Notes under the pieces: generated by a model | The model's input: the letters and a program-made list of their open reading frames with translations, nothing else | What the model was told of the DNA's origin: nothing | The model's database searches: none | Source: Paraspadella gotoi | Taxonomy: Eukaryota; Animalia; Chaetognatha | Direction of reading: 5' to 3' | NCBI GenBank assembly: GCA_051294375.1 | Contig: CM119263.1 | Coordinates: 9,602,432 to 9,666,431, forward strand | DNA: 64,000 bases | Translations under genes and position numbers: made by a program | In this document: positions 1-14,271 of the stretch, in pieces | Layout of the letters: each line of letters starts with the position of its first letter | Numbering within the stretch: position 1 is the first letter of the stretch

Positions 1-135
1 TTGTCCCTGAAAATATAGCGAAAACAAAATTGTGAGAGAAAAAGAATCGTCTGCTCGGATTGAATTTGCAGAAACGCCCACAGACTTATTTCGCACATAA
101 AGCATACGTTCACCTTAGGCTTAAACAATAGACAT

Positions 136-738
136 TAGAGTGGAGCACTCAAGAACCAAAAAAACTTTATGTTGAATAGATTGGTTAATAGGTATGGGAT
201 AGTATGATAACTAGTATAAAAAATATTTTGTTTATAGTGTGTCTCGGAATTAGAATAAAAAATATAATAGATTTGTAGTAATATTCTTATAAAATAGTAA
301 ATTATAATTTTTTTTTTTAAATTTTAATAAAGATCAGATTTTTGTAATAAATTAATCAAAAATATGAAATGTGTTATTCAAAAATTCTGGCATCTTCAGC
401 GTTTATAATGGGAAAAAAGGTAAAAATTCATATCGTTTTTATTCTCTGTTGTAGAAAACTTATAATGTTTAAAATGTTTTAGTCATTTTTGTGTGATCCA
501 AAATATTAAAATATCATATAACATATTTTATAAAAGTTTCTTAATTTTTATGGTGAATCCAAATCTGTTCTTAAACATAAATAAAAATTATTTAGAAATT
601 TAACGATTTTTAAATATTAATTATACTATACTGGTATGCCTAAAAAAATTTTTAAAAGATTTAAAATTTATTAATTAATAAGTCATAGGCAGCCAAAAAC
701 ATAGGTTAATCACTCAATCTTTTCATCACTCCACCCTA
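136..738. mobile_element. Non-autonomous hAT-like DNA transposon (MITE)
   Basis: Imperfect TIRs TAGAGTGGAG (136) and CTCCACCCTA (738), flanked by a perfect 8-bp duplication ATAGACAT (128-135 and 739-746). The interior is AT-rich and non-coding. An 8-bp TSD with TAGGG-type ends is typical of hAT elements. Confidence 0.8.
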
Positions 739-1504
739 ATAGACATTACATAAATTTAAGTACGAAAGTTCATGGTACATTTCATACGCTCATTATGAGA
801 ATACAGAACGTGCTTTAGAAAACTATTTCAAGATTTTCAGTTCATGAGAGCACATACTTTTTTGATTTACTATATTGTAACTTATATGTAACTCGAGAAT
901 TTACTCTACGCACGAACTCAATTCGCGAGCACGTAACATTTCGCTTTGAACGTCAATCAACTTCACCGTTTTTTGTTTTTTTTTTAGATTCTTTTGCTTC
1001 CAAAGCGAAAAAACTAATTCACTTTATTCTATTGAGCTCTCTCTCTCCCCCTCTCTCTCTCTATCTCCCTCTCTCTCTCTCTCTGACAAAGATGTTAAGC
1101 CCCGCTTTTCTTTCTCAGTATCTGTTTTGTCTGGGTCAAACTCGTCTGGCCGTGAGAGTATGAAGCCATTGGATCATTCAATCTTTGAATCGAATCATGT
1201 ACTAGCGTCTGCCCGTTTGTAACTGAGTTTCTACGGGTTTTTTGATAATAAAACATTACAATTCGAAAACTCTTGTCGTACATTTTGAACGGGAGACGCA
1301 TCGAACGTGCGACCCGAAAGCATAAAGTCAGAAAGAACTTTAGACTCTCTCTCTCTCTTTCTCAAGCTGTCTCTAAGTCTTACATATTCTCTCTCACAAT
1401 TTTCCCGAACGGCGTTTTTTATTACAAAGGTTTTTCGCTTTTTGAGCAAAAAATTCAACTTTCCCTTTCTTCTCTTACTTTGTCTTAATCGACAATTTTT
1501 TTAA

Positions 1505-1549
<45 letters not shown>

Positions 1550-2027
1550 GAGGTCGTTTCCCAAAGTCCTCTCCCACAAACGACCACCCGGTCGCTCGCT
1601 TCAAGGATCCGATCTACAAACTTCCCCAGCGACGCTTCCTCCTTCACCTCCTCCTCCTCCTCCTCCTTTATCTTCAACCCATTCCTCTTCCTCACCCCGA
1701 TTTCCCCTGCTCCTCACCCCAACGATAAAACTCCCTGCAATACGAACTCATCCTTAACAACCAAACAATCTGCTTTAATTATCGCTTCTCGCCCTCAACA
1801 TTGTTCTCCCATTCTCCGCAGTTTTCCCTCGTTTCCCAATCGTTGCCACAAACGTCCCACCCAGCTCGAAGCCATTACATCCATCTTTGACCACCCACGC
1901 TGGCAGCCCCCTCTCATCAACCGCAGCTGCCGGCCTTCTCGAGTCCTGACCAACCCCCCCTCCCGAATACGACCTAATCGAACCACTTGCTGCACCACCT
2001 TCCTCGATCCCCCCCAACCCGCCTCAC

Positions 2028-2614
2028 CTCCAAGACTCCTGTTTTCCTTGGAAGACTCGATGGGAGTTCAGTCCGAATTTTCCCGAAAAAGTTCGGCGGC
2101 TCCAGTCGAATTTCGACCCGAAATGGGGGGTAAGTTGCGAATTGAGAGGGGGGTCGTCTGTAGGGTTTGGGGGGGCATGGGGATATGGGGATAAAGAATG
2201 TAGAGTAGCTAGCAGGAAATCCGTTTAATTTGTCGGGTAGGGGCCCGCTGGGGGGAGGTTGTCACGGAGGAAGGATTTGATGGGAGAGGATTAAAGTTCA
2301 AAGATGGCAGCGGCATTGGTAGACGTGGTTGAGAACGGTAGTTTTTAAGAGTTGGCGAAGGAAAAAAAAAGGACACAGAGAAAGTGTAGTTTCGTTGGAT
2401 TCACAGGGAGCAGAAAAAAAAAGAAGGGGGATTAACTAAACACAAGCGGATTGGGAGTTGCTTCCTTTAACGAGCCAGGGAAAGCAAAGGGATGAAGAGT
2501 GTTTGGAGGAAAAACTGACGAAAGAAGGAGATCGTCATCTCATGTCGTCATCATCATCATCATCAATCATCATCACATCATCATCAATCGTCAATCATAC
2601 ATCATCAGATCATC

Positions 2615-2649
<35 letters not shown>

Positions 2650-3326
2650 GCGAACAAGGAGGGGGAAGAAGTCATCGCGATAAGAAGTCAGCGAATCCAT
2701 GGCTTAAATTATTCCGATAAAAAAAAGGGAAAAAAGTCGAAGGAAAAGTGAAAAATGTGAGCCGGAGGTTCAGAAAGGATGGAGGGGGGATAATATTCGA
2801 TCAATTTTACTTATAATTAGTTTCATCGATCGCAAATAAAATAATAAACGAAATAATCAATCAATCAATCGAATCTTCATTAAAAACTCGTTTCTCCCGG
2901 CGGGCCCCACCTTTCTCGTTCTTGTACATCTTCTTGATCTCATCCAACAATCTGCTGTAGTCTCGGAGCACTTGCTGATAGTAGGGGCTGAGATCGACCG
3001 ACTTCCCGATCCTTTCGAATTTGCTCAAGATGTCGGTGTGAGTCCGGACTCCCAACCGCTTCGTCAGCCAACTCTGTCGTGGGGGGAGATTGAAATCGGT
3101 CGTCATCGTCGACTTTATCGTCGTCGGTATCGTCGTCGCCATCGTTAACGTCAATGACCTTTTTTTTTTCTATTTTTTGACTTTTTTAATAGTCATATAC
3201 GTTTTTCGTCATTCGCACGTGTGTTTAATTTATCGTTGTCGTTATCGTCGTCGTTATCGTCGTCGTTATCGTAGCCTTTGGTTTGTTGGAAATGGAATGC
3301 GTTGATAATATGGGAATGACGTCATC

Positions 3327-3386
<60 letters not shown>

Positions 3387-6300
3387 GGTCAGGGTTAAGC
3401 AAACCGCAGGGAGTCGTTTATATTATGGTTTCCAGTTTGCCGTCGAAATGAGGAGGAAGGGGTGGAGGAGGAGGAGGAGGAAGAGGAGGAAGAGGATTGT
3501 AATTAGTCGTTGACTGATTTGACGAGACGAATCGTTAGTAGATGAGATGAGGTGAGTGATCAGTTGAAGGATGAGGCTGCGTCAGCGAGAGAGAGGGTAA
3601 GTGAAAAGAAAGTAAGTTTTAAAAAAATGAAAGAAATCTCCGACGTGCCGTTCCGCCGGATGAGTCCGAATCCCAGAGTACGTTCCTTCGTCTTTAGGTC
3701 AACCGACTCAAGTTCTCAATCTTATCCTCCTCGTTTAGCGCGAAAATAGGCCTTGTTTTCCCAGAACAACCCATTTCATCTTAAATTCGCAATTCAGTTA
3801 GTTTTTAAGTCTGAATATAAGGTTAAATATTAAGGCGTAGGTTAAGGATTAGCGTTAAAGATTATGGTTTGGGATCAAGTTCGTATTTATAGAGATTAAG
3901 GATTAAGCATTGAAGAGTGGTTTATAATTTTATTAATTAGTTACGGTAACATTTTTTAATTTAGAATTAAGTTCAGGGATTAAGGAAAAGTAATTGGGCG
4001 CTTATGGAAAAGAGAGCCCAAAAATCATTCAACCAACTTATTTTAAATTACCAGCTCAGCTCAGCCCGTTTCTATTTTTCTTCTTCCTACCCCCTTTTCA
4101 GTTTTCACCCCCTCCTCCTCAAATCAATCAATCAATCTTGTTTCTGTCCGTCTCCCCATATTCTTCCCCCACCCAACACCCCCCTACAAACTAACCACCT
4201 CTTCCCCCCTCAATCCATCCGCACGTGCCAACGAGCGAAACCCCTGAGGTTAGTGTTTTTAAAAGCGAAGAGTCGCGATTAACACAGATTTCGTTGGCCC
4301 TGTTTTCGTTTGACCCGGGCGGCGGTTGTTGTAGCAGGCGGGCGGCGGGCGGCGGGCGGCAGGTGGCGGTTTGTGTATCCAGGACCACGGCCGCTCCCCG
4401 ACGGCTTCCCTCGGTTTACTTTTCTCCCGCCATCTCTGACTGCCCCGCTTTTCTACTCACCCCACCGCCCCAATGTTTTAAACTTAACACTCCCCTTTCC
4501 TTTTTCTCCGACGCCATTTTACAACACCCTGAGATTTCTAAACCTTTATTCGTTATTCCTCATTCTCCTCCCCTTGGATCCCCTGTCTCCTCACATCTTT
4601 CATAGCTTCCCTCGACATCTCGAATCATAAAACCCCAAAGTGCGATTTTCTTCCCTTCTTCCCAACTCCCTCTTGGTCCCACTTTTTCTCCCCTTTTACA
4701 TTCCTGACTTTTGATTGCGTATTTCTTTCTCTTCTTGTTCTTAATTTACCCATATATTTCCAATTATTAATAAAGCTTATTCTTCAATCATTCTTCATTT
4801 ATATTGAATTTTGTTAACAATCCCACTGAACAGTGAACGGGGAACAACCCTTTTTTTTTCACCTTTTCTATTTTTTAAAAGTTCCTTTCCCCTCAGCCCT
4901 TCTCTCACTCCAAACTCCAACCCAGAGCCACGAAGCGGCGCGGGATTTTCGAAAAAAACCCGCGCTGGGTTTCGCCCTGGATGTAAACATTCGGTCTCCT
5001 TTCATCTGGATATGCGAGAATCGAACCGCAGTTTTTTTTTCTTCGTTCAGCGCAGGGAAGAATCTGTGTATCTTAAAATATTTTTCAAATTGTTGATTTG
5101 TCTCAATTAGATATAAATAAATTGCGATTTGAAAAACCAGGGCGAGAAAATAACAAAAATGTAGAAATTTTGGCGTTTAGAACGACAACAGTCGTGAAAT
5201 TAAATGTCTATTTCAAACCGTCACCAGTCCCAGACAAAGAGTCATAATCCTACAGTTCCAGTTGTCGAATTGTAAACAGCTTTGTTTAAATTAGTCTCTG
5301 TCGTTTAAAAATAATCCTAAAAATCTAAAGGAATAATCAATCATTCCGTTTTCTTTTTTTTTTTCAAGAAAATTCTACTAATGATAGCCTATTTACTAAT
5401 AAATTGCCTTTTAACTTTTCTGTTAAAGAATATTTTCACTAACAATTAAATTTTTCGTTAAAATCCCCTTCTTCGTCTCTTCGATCCATTTAATTTCCAT
5501 TTTAACGCCGATGAGATTCGCGCTCGTTTTCCTGTTGCCTTTTTTTACGATAAACATAAACTTTCCCTTTTTTTTTAAATTTTCATATTCTTCCCTTTTT
5601 CTGCGTTTAGTTTAGTTTTACAGTTTTACAATTTAAACGTCCCTGTAAGTCTTGTTAATAAAACTTAATATTTGGGGCCAAAAATGTAAATATATTATAA
5701 TTTTAACCAACCGAACCTTAATTTCCAGCCAAAACTTTTTTTTCAAACGAACAATCCAGGAATTCTCCAATTTAACCTCTAATGAAATCCCTGATTTCAC
5801 TGAATTGTGATCTTATGACCCTAACTTTACTAATCTCCACTCTAATAAAAAGCCGCAATCCGATCGCTCGTAACAGCTGCGGAGACCTCGTCGCCTTCCC
5901 CCCCCCGCAATCACTCCCAGCCCCACCGGTCAACCCCTCATCCCCTTCGATCACCTCGATGAAGATCCGAACGGTGAAGTTAATCTCCTCGATCTGATCG
6001 CAAAATTGTCGGTGGTCGGAATCGAACTCGAGACGTCGCTGGTCCAACATGTCGTAGGCTTTTTTGCGGACGATCTCCACCACCTGGAGGAAAAAAAAAG
6101 AGCATCGAGTCTTTTAACGTCTACAATAACGACGGGGGAAAAATGAAGACGACGACGACGACGACGACGACGACTAAAACGAGACGAAAGTCGCAGTTAA
6201 GATGAGGTGTCGATCTACTGAGGCGGAAAAGATTAGACGAGACAAAACAGAAGTAAAAAGAATAGAGAACCTTACACGTTGTCTATTGCTCGAAAAATAT

Positions 6301-6531
6301 TTGTAACTCTACTTTTACTAACAAAAAAAAATACTATTATTATTATTAATAAAAGGAAAAAACAAGACAAAGGGCGACGGAGACGACGACGACCTGTTGG
6401 AACTTGGCGGCGACGACGCCGATTCCGTCCATCCTGATGTCCTGTAACTCGCAAAGGTTTTCCATCTTCTCGCACATGTCCGTGATTTTTTCGAGCCTCT
6501 GAGGATAAAAACGAGAAAGATGATCGCGTTA

Positions 6532-6567
<36 letters not shown>

Positions 6568-7183
6568 TCATCTCTCTCTCTCTCTTCTCTCTTTCCTCTC
6601 TCTCTCTCTCTCTCTCTCTTCTCTTTCTCTCTCATGTCATTTCCATTCTTTCTCCATTATTTTTTTTATTTCCGTTATCTTCTTCTCTTTCTCCTTTATG
6701 TTTTTCCTCGAGTCTTTGTTAAAAATTTCCTTTCCGACGCAAAAACGCGTCTGATTCTGAGTTTGAGTCATTTTCTTTTCAACGACGCCACGTTGTCTGT
6801 CTATTTGTGTGTGTGTTTAGCTGTGTGTCTGTCTGATTTTCTACAAAATATCTTTTTCTCGGCCCCTCTCTTTGTCTTTTTTTTTTCTCATCCCTTTTCC
6901 AGTATCCACGCCCCACAGCCCATCAAACTTTATTCCATGAGACAATTTGATTCTTTTCTCTTTTTCTCATTTCTGCTTCTATTTTTCTTTTTCCATTTTC
7001 TTTATTTTCTTTCTTTATTTCTGTTTCTCCTCTTTCTTATTTTTTTTTTGTTTTCTTTTCGCTGATAAATTGACGTCACGTCGCTTCCTCCTTTCGCAGC
7101 TTATTTTCTTTTTTTTTTCAAACGTCATCGCAAATTGAAAGATAAAAAAACAGAAAAAGAATGAAGAATAGAAAGAAAGGAGA

Positions 7184-7280
<97 letters not shown>

Positions 7281-10200
7281 GAAGAGGAAATTAGCATCTC
7301 TCGTATAAAAATATCCGAGAAAGCAAACTCGTGATCGCCTTCCTTTCCTCCGGAAAAGAAAATTCCCAGAGTTCGAACTCCGCACGCGCCATGAATTCCC
7401 CCCTCTCTCTCTCTCTCTCCCTCTCTCTCCCTCTCTCTCTGTCATTAATTAGGACTCGTTTCATTATCAGAATCGTTGGTTTGTTGGCGCTCCACTTTCG
7501 CTATCTCCCTCTTGGCGCCGCCGATGATCGAGTTAACGAGAAAAATAACTTTGTTTTTTAAAAAAAAAAAATTTTTTAAATTAAACTATTTTTTTTTTCT
7601 CTCTTTTTCGCTCGCGATGAATTTTTTTCAGGGCGCCAAGAACGCGGCAGCGCATATCTATAATTCTTTGATTAATTAAATCAGTCGTCGGAAAAGGAAC
7701 TCGGCCGCTTTTTCTCATCCTTTTTCGGCATTTTTATTCAAATTTTTTTGCGTTTTTTTTTTAAGTTTAAAAAACTGATTCTAAGACTCGTTTCATAAAT
7801 TCTGTTTACTTAGTGCCGTTTTTTAACGCTCATTGTCCATTCGTTTTCAAATACGTATAGTGAAACTTTTTTTAACTTGTTTCTCTCACTCGCTTGTCAA
7901 GTACCGCAATATTTTAAAAACAGATAATATCGTCGCAAGGCTCAAGGCTCAAGGTTCCATAGTACTTTCATACTTCCATCACTCGGCAAACGATCTACTT
8001 ACCTAACGTCACACAACGCCAATCATTGACTTACCCGAGTAAAGTGATCGAACTTCCCGAAGATGTAGTTCTCACTGAACTCAAAGGGCCTCTCGTGGTT
8101 CGATTCTCGCAGCGACTTCTGCACCGCGTGGAACTCTCTTTGGTAGGCGGCATTGAGGGCGACGCTCTCGCGGACGCGGGCGAGGAGTTGGGGGCGTGGC
8201 ATGTCCCAGATGCGACTGTAGCCTGAAGTTGGAGATTGTCGTAAAAAAATTGAACTTGGATCGATTTAAAATTTTATTAATATTGGGGGACATTTCTAGG
8301 GTCACCCCTGACCAGCGTGAAAGTCGGTTTATTCTCTCTTCGTCTTAGCTACGGTAAAACTCATGCGGACACATCGACCGACATGGCGGCTATAAATGCT
8401 GACCAACGTAGAGGAAATATACACTCGAAATTTCTCACTTCTTTCTTGTTCATGATCGTTATTATTTCTTTGATCGGCACTACTTTTAAACTGTTTTAAA
8501 TTTTAATAAAGGTATTGGTTATTCATGCCTCCTCTTCCTAACTAGTAGCCATATATTATTATTATTTTCTAAATTTTCACCGGTTGTCCACTGAAGAGGA
8601 TCGTATAATAAAGTAAGAGCTCAGTTCCTACCGTTTTTTATATAATTCCGACTTGTGGTGATCATTTGATTGGTGATTTTCACGAAGAGGGAAGTAAGTC
8701 TCTCTGAGGTGTTGTAGTATCGAGAGACAGAGTGAATCATTCGGATCGCTTGTAAGAGCTGAGGCAGTTGACGTGTCATTCCTGCCGAGAGAAAAAAAAG
8801 AGTGAGATATATGTGAAGAAGATTTCTATCTTCTCGCTCGCTGAAACTAACGTTCAAGCGGCGTCCGTCCAAAAATGAGTCGACAAGAGTTCAAAAAACG
8901 TATTTTTAATGAGAGAAAACAGTAAAAAACATGGTCTATTGAAACGAATGAAAACAGACCCGTTTCTTGACAAAACATCGATTAAACCTAAGAAAAAAAT
9001 TGACCATTGAAACGTATAGAGAAATTTGTACTTATCGGGTCACAAGTGATTGAAGTAGAAGACGAGGCAAGATATTCTTCAATATGTATAGAGAAAGAAA
9101 GAAAGAGAGAAAGAGAGAAAGTGTGAATGAAGGAAAGAAATCAAGAATTGACAGTGACCTAAGAATGGAATTAAAAATAACTGCTAAAAAAGTCACGCAT
9201 ACTTTAATCAACTTCTATGACCCAAATCTTCAATCATTCTTCAAACTTTACGTTCTCCCCCTTCCTTCATGTGCTTTCCCTTTCTTTCCCCCCTCAACTC
9301 CCCCCCTTATTTTTATCCCACTCCTCACCCTCGGGCGTTTCCTTCCCCAGCGGCCCGAAAAACTTCTTCAGCGTGGAGAGATATTTGACGTTATCCTTTC
9401 CCTCGTTGGCCGCTTCGGTGATCCTCATGTCCAGATCTCTCCAAGCCTTCACCGATTTCGACCTGATCTTCTGCAGCACCCCGATCACGTGGCGGCAGCG
9501 CGGCGTCTTGATCTGCTCCAGGATGCTGTTGAACTGGATGTTGCGGTGCTGCCAGAACTGAAGTTCGGCTAGAGGGCCGACGTCCGTGGACTCTCGTCGG
9601 ATCTGTTCGCCTCTCAGTGAGAACCTGAACGATTTTATTAATTTATTTATTTATAATTTAAAAGTTTATTTACATATTTATTTATTTATTTATTTATTTA
9701 TTTAGAAGGAAGGAAGGAAGGAAGGAAGAAGGAAGGAAGGAAGGAAGGAAGGAAGAAACAAACATAGCAATCATGAAAGCAGGCAAGCATACATTGTTAA
9801 TTTTTGCTCTTTATAGAACTCCATTCTCATACTCTTTACCGTTTCGATCTGCCGGGCACCACTCCAGTTCAAGCAGTTCTCCGCGTCATCTGCCAGCAAT
9901 CGGCGTTGTTGACGACGACGTGGTAGTCGCGCGGCGTCCGCAGCGCGTCCAGCACGGGCCGCAGATCGTCGTGCGGCGGATGCAGCACGAGGCGCCCGGC
10001 CATCTGGCGCCGGGCTCCGCGCAGGTGGTGAACGAAACCCTGAAGTCCGTCGATGTAGTCTTGGGCGGCCGGAGGGTGGGCGGCGACGTCTCCGGAGGGA
10101 GTGAAGGTAGAGGGACCCAAGACGCCCCAATCCCGCTTGTTGGAGACGGCGGGAATGGCGAGGATGGTGAGGAAGTTCTCCACACCCTCGAGCAGGCGAC

Positions 10201-10320
10201 CCTCGGAGGCGTCGATCACCCCGCCGAAGATCTTTTCGTGGATGTTGGCTGACGACGGAAGAAGAGGATGGTGGAGATCACATCTTCATTATACTTTTCT
10301 TTTTTGTTTCTTTTTTCACT

Positions 10321-10370
<50 letters not shown>

Positions 10371-12794
10371 TATCATTTCCAGTTTCTCAACCTCCCCCCC
10401 AGACCCAACCCACCTTCCGTGATGGCCCCGTCGAACTTGGCCCTATAAAAAAAGGCCATGAGGCCGACGAGCGGTTCCGTGGTTCCGTCGGTGATGAAGA
10501 GCTTTTTCCCTCCTTTGCTACCGACGGTCGTCAAGGAGACGTGACTCTCGCCGATCTCGGATGGCGCGCCCTTGCCCCTGGCGCCGCCGCCTTCACGGGA
10601 TGGAAGATTCTGGAGATGGAAGAAGCGAAGTTGAACGCGTGCTGGTACGCAATAATTAATTAATAGGTAATTACTAATTAGGTATTGCATTTTTTGGTTT
10701 GATTCTTCCATTTGTTGCGAGATTTCGGTTTTTAAGCTTTTCTCCTATAATTACATTCAAAACTCAAGGCAATATTCCAAGTTGGTATAAACCAAAAATA
10801 ATAAGAAAATTAGGGTAAGTCAACCAATAAGAGTACTCAAGGCAAATCACGTCACGATTCTGATTTTAAACATCGCTTTTTTTTTTGGATTTCGAGAAGT
10901 CACGTGCAAACACCTGCAGATAAACACATTCCAAAGCAAATAGATCTCGCTTTCGCGCCCACCTGCTGCTGCGCTTGCTGCTGCTGCTGCTCCTGATAAA
11001 AGAAAATGAGCTTTTTCTTCCCTTTGACCTTGAAGAACTGTTCGATGTCGTCGAATCGCTCGTCCTCGATGACGAAGGAGTTAACAACGGCCTCTTCCAA
11101 GTTGAGCATGAGCCGGAGCTCAGCCACCAGGTATCTATGGCGCCCGTCGATCTTAGCGAGGCGTTCCTCGCGCGCAGCCCTGTGCATTTTCTGCATCTCC
11201 TTTTTCGTTGGAAGGTTTGGGGGCACAAAGAAGAGAATGTTGAACCGAGGAAAATTCAGCTAATAATAAATCGTTATTTACTCGGAAGATTCGCTCGCTG
11301 GGAAAAAAACAGCGTTGTGAGTGAGCGAGTGGATGGGTGAGAGAGTGAGTGAATAAATTAGTAATGAACAAGTTAGTGAGTGATTGATAAGTTATTAAGT
11401 AAGTAAGCAATTAAGTGTTTGAATGCGTGTAAAGGAAAGATTAAATGAGTAAATACATAAATAACTTTTTAATTAATGAACTTCGCAATCTCCGATGCTC
11501 GCTGCATAATACATTTGTTGATAAACGGATGGACTCTGCCAACCTTTAACATGTCGGTGGAAAAGAACTTCTTTTTGCTTTCTGACGAAGTTGACGTCAG
11601 GGCGCTGGAGCGACGTTGCCTCAGGGCGCCGCCACGGAGCAGCGACGCGCGGCGGCCCTCGAGCGTCGTCGACCCGGGTGGCTCAAGGTTGGAGCCGGAG
11701 GTCGTCGGCGCTGTAGTATGGGGCGCTGTCTTCGAGGCGTCTGTCGCTGGAACGGCGCCGTCCGGTTGAAGTGAGTGCTCCTGGGCCTCGACGTCAGCGA
11801 CGGGCGTCTCGATTGCGGCGTCGCGTTCGGAGGCGGGCGAAACCCGGAAGGAAACTCTTTTGACGTTTTCGTCGTAATAGTCGCCACCGGAGTCATGGGC
11901 AGCGGCGACTTTTGTTTCGAGGTCCGCAGAATCTGAGGCGACAGCGTCTCGTCCCGACCCGTCGAGGTCAGGGTCTTTGGGAGAGGCAGAGCCTTGTTCC
12001 GCAGCGGCGGTGACGCTCTCTGCCGCGGCAGGGTAAGCAGCTGGGGAACAGTCGCCCTCTGTCGGGATAGAAGTTTCTTTTTGGATACTTTGACGTCTCT
12101 TTCTATCGATGCGCTTTTTCCAGCTGTTTCCGATAACAAATGATTTTGACTCGCCGTCTTTATTACCCTCTTCCGTTTCTTTGTCACTCTCTGACACGGC
12201 AACGGCTTCTTCTTTATTCTCCGACTGAGATGTCTCCTTTTTATCACCGTCTTTCAGTTGAGCAGAATCTTTGTCGATTTCTGCTATTTCAACGTTTTTA
12301 TGGTCGCTCTGTGTCACGGGCACTTCGGCTTTATCTCCCTCCGTCAGCGAAAAATCGATTTGTTCCTCGCGATCTTTTATTTCTCCTTTTTCATTCGGCA
12401 AATCGGCGGAGCTTGACGCCTGCTGCCCCTCGTTAGTTCCACTTGGAACCGGCTTTGTTTCCGTTTCCTGCCCTAGCGGCGTCTCGTTTGACGCCGCTGA
12501 CTCCTTCTCCGGAGATTTTTCATCAACGCTCGCCGTTTCTTGTCCTGGCGTCGGCTCCCCGATGCGGCGCCCCATTTTGGCTGATCTCCGGACAATCGTC
12601 TCGGCGCCTTTGATGACGGATTCTAGAAATTCCTGAGACTGCGCCAGGCGAGATTCCGGCGTCGTTTCGTCGACGGTCGACGACGCCGCCGATTGTGAAA
12701 CGCTGACGCCGGCATTCGCTGCAGCCAAGGGGGATTCTGCGCTGACAGTCGGATCATCGACGCCGGCATTGGCGCTGGCCGTATCGGTGTTCAT
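2028..12794 (-). CDS. DNAH5: Axonemal outer-arm dynein heavy chain (DNAH5/DNAH8 type), 5' portion; gene continues beyond the left edge
   Basis: GT-AG exons read manually: 12794-11544, ~11199-10963, 10609-10414, 10248-9840, 9624-9329, 8781-8632, 8222-8035, 6498-6394, 6083-5955, 3073-2911, 2157-2028. The peptides follow the DNAH5 N-terminal stem in order: DGRHRYL..LIFFYQE, KKLFITDG, DVGPLAELQFW, DMRITEAANEGKDNVKYL, IRMIHSVSRYYNTSERLTSLFVKITNQMI, FEFSENYIFGKF, KKAYDMLDQRRLEFDSD, DPPL.RNLPPISGRI. Indels near 9870-9900, 9610 and 2030-2150 are probably assembly errors. DNAH5 versus DNAH8 cannot be resolved. Confidence 0.93.
2541..2647. repeat. (CAT)n microsatellite
   Basis: Imperfect CAT/TCA run inside a dynein intron; a similar run lies at about 10320-10375. 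Confidence 0.9.
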
Positions 12795-13172
12795 TCCGGC
12801 AAATAAATAAAAAAAACTGTTTTATTTTTTCATTTGTTAAAATTTCAATTCATGAAGAAAGAATTTAAATTCAAACTTATTTTTGAAAATTTCAAGGTAT
12901 TTGTAAAAAAATTTCAAATCTTGAATCTAAATCAATTCGGTTCCAGAGGTCGAGACAATTGATGTATAAATAGATTTTCGATGGTCAATTATCAATACAA
13001 CATAGTTTCAACAGAAAAATATTACATGAAAAAAGTAAAATATCTATAAAATGTGGTTAAATTTGTAAAAATCGGCACCTTGCAACCCAAAACCTGAACC
13101 GTTTGTGACTCCCGAAAGAATGATTTTCTAGTTCCCTGTCCCTCAGGATCCAGGTTCAAGTGATAACACTCC

Positions 13173-13186
13173 GTCTCCTGGGCAAC
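13173..13186. promoter_or_regulatory. RFX-binding X-box upstream of the dynein gene
   Basis: GTCTCCTGGGCAAC fits the 14-bp X-box consensus GTNNCC-NN-RGYAAC and lies about 380 bp upstream of the dynein ATG. X-boxes are characteristic of ciliary gene promoters. Confidence 0.65.
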
Positions 13187-13193
13187 GGATAAC

Positions 13194-13252
<59 letters not shown>

Positions 13253-13424
13253 GAGAGAAAGAGAGAGAGAGAGAAGAGAGAGAGGAGAGGAGAGGAGAGA
13301 GAGAGAAGAGAGAGAGAGGAGAGAGAGAGAGAAAAGAGAGACTTCCTGAAGTCCCCGATGGCTCCGAAATTAGTTTATAAGCCCATTGTGTTTTCTTGTT
13401 TTGTTCTCGCTTCTCGGAATAACG

Positions 13425-13648
13425 AGGACGACGACGACGAAGACGACGACGCCGACGACGATGACGATTGCAAAAGAGATGATGCGTTGTTATTTTTGAA
13501 CTCGGCGAAGATAATAATGATGATGATGACGATGATGTTAACGACCGAGTCGATGACGATGACGACAGCGACTTTTTTTTCAAAATATAACGATCAGGTT
13601 TTCAAGGACAAAGGCGGCGACGACGACGACGACGATGACGACGACGAC

Positions 13649-13694
<46 letters not shown>

Positions 13695-13705
13695 ACGGCG
13701 ACGAT
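13425..13705. repeat. (GAC/GAT)n low-complexity tract
   Basis: Long GACGAC/GATGAC runs that give the poly-Asp ORF 13358-13738; no domain recognised. Confidence 0.8.
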
Positions 13706-14066
13706 TTCGTCGACGGCTATGACGATACGAAAGACTAAAGAGGGTCCATCAAGATGGAAGAATAATGATAGTAATTTTATTAATTTTAAATTTAATACAA
13801 GAAAACCTTTTTGTTAGATTTATTTCCGTTTTGAAACTGAGCAATCCTCTAATTGGCTATAACGTTAAGTATGTAGTCATTTTCGGAAAGACCCAATGAA
13901 TGGAGAAAAAATTACTTAGTCAATAAGTTTATTTATGAAATTGATTTATCATTTTTTTTTTAAATTTTATCAATCCAATCATTACTATTTGGTACATATA
14001 ATTTACCTTTTCTTTAATTTTAAGACAATTACTTTAGTTATTTTTATTGCTTTAGTATAAATCGTG

Positions 14067-14129
14067 TATTATTATTATTAATATTATTATTATTATTATC
14101 GTTATTATTGTTATTATTATTATTATTAC

Positions 14130-14199
<70 letters not shown>

Positions 14200-14232
14200 A
14201 TTATTATTGTTAATATTATTATTATTAACATT
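14067..14232. repeat. (ATT)n microsatellite
   Basis: About 165 bp of ATT repeats. Confidence 0.95.
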
Positions 14233-14271
14233 AACATCTGCCTTCCCTTTTCCTTTCCTCCTCCACGCCCA

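Noticed and set aside
3815-3990. Interstitial telomeric repeat
   Set aside because: Only highly degenerate TTAGG/TTAAGG-like words; no clean array.
6272-7561. ORFs rich in RERE/SLSL (also near 14300-15400, 30660-31150, 37800)
   Set aside because: Translations of (AG)n/(CT)n microsatellites.
2028-10248. Dynein as a pseudogene
   Set aside because: Indels cluster in short patches, occur in several genes and duplicates across the window, and the protein is otherwise well conserved; assembly error is more likely.
13358-13738. Poly-Asp ORF as a protein-coding gene
   Set aside because: Explained by GAC/GAT microsatellites; no splice partners or domain found.
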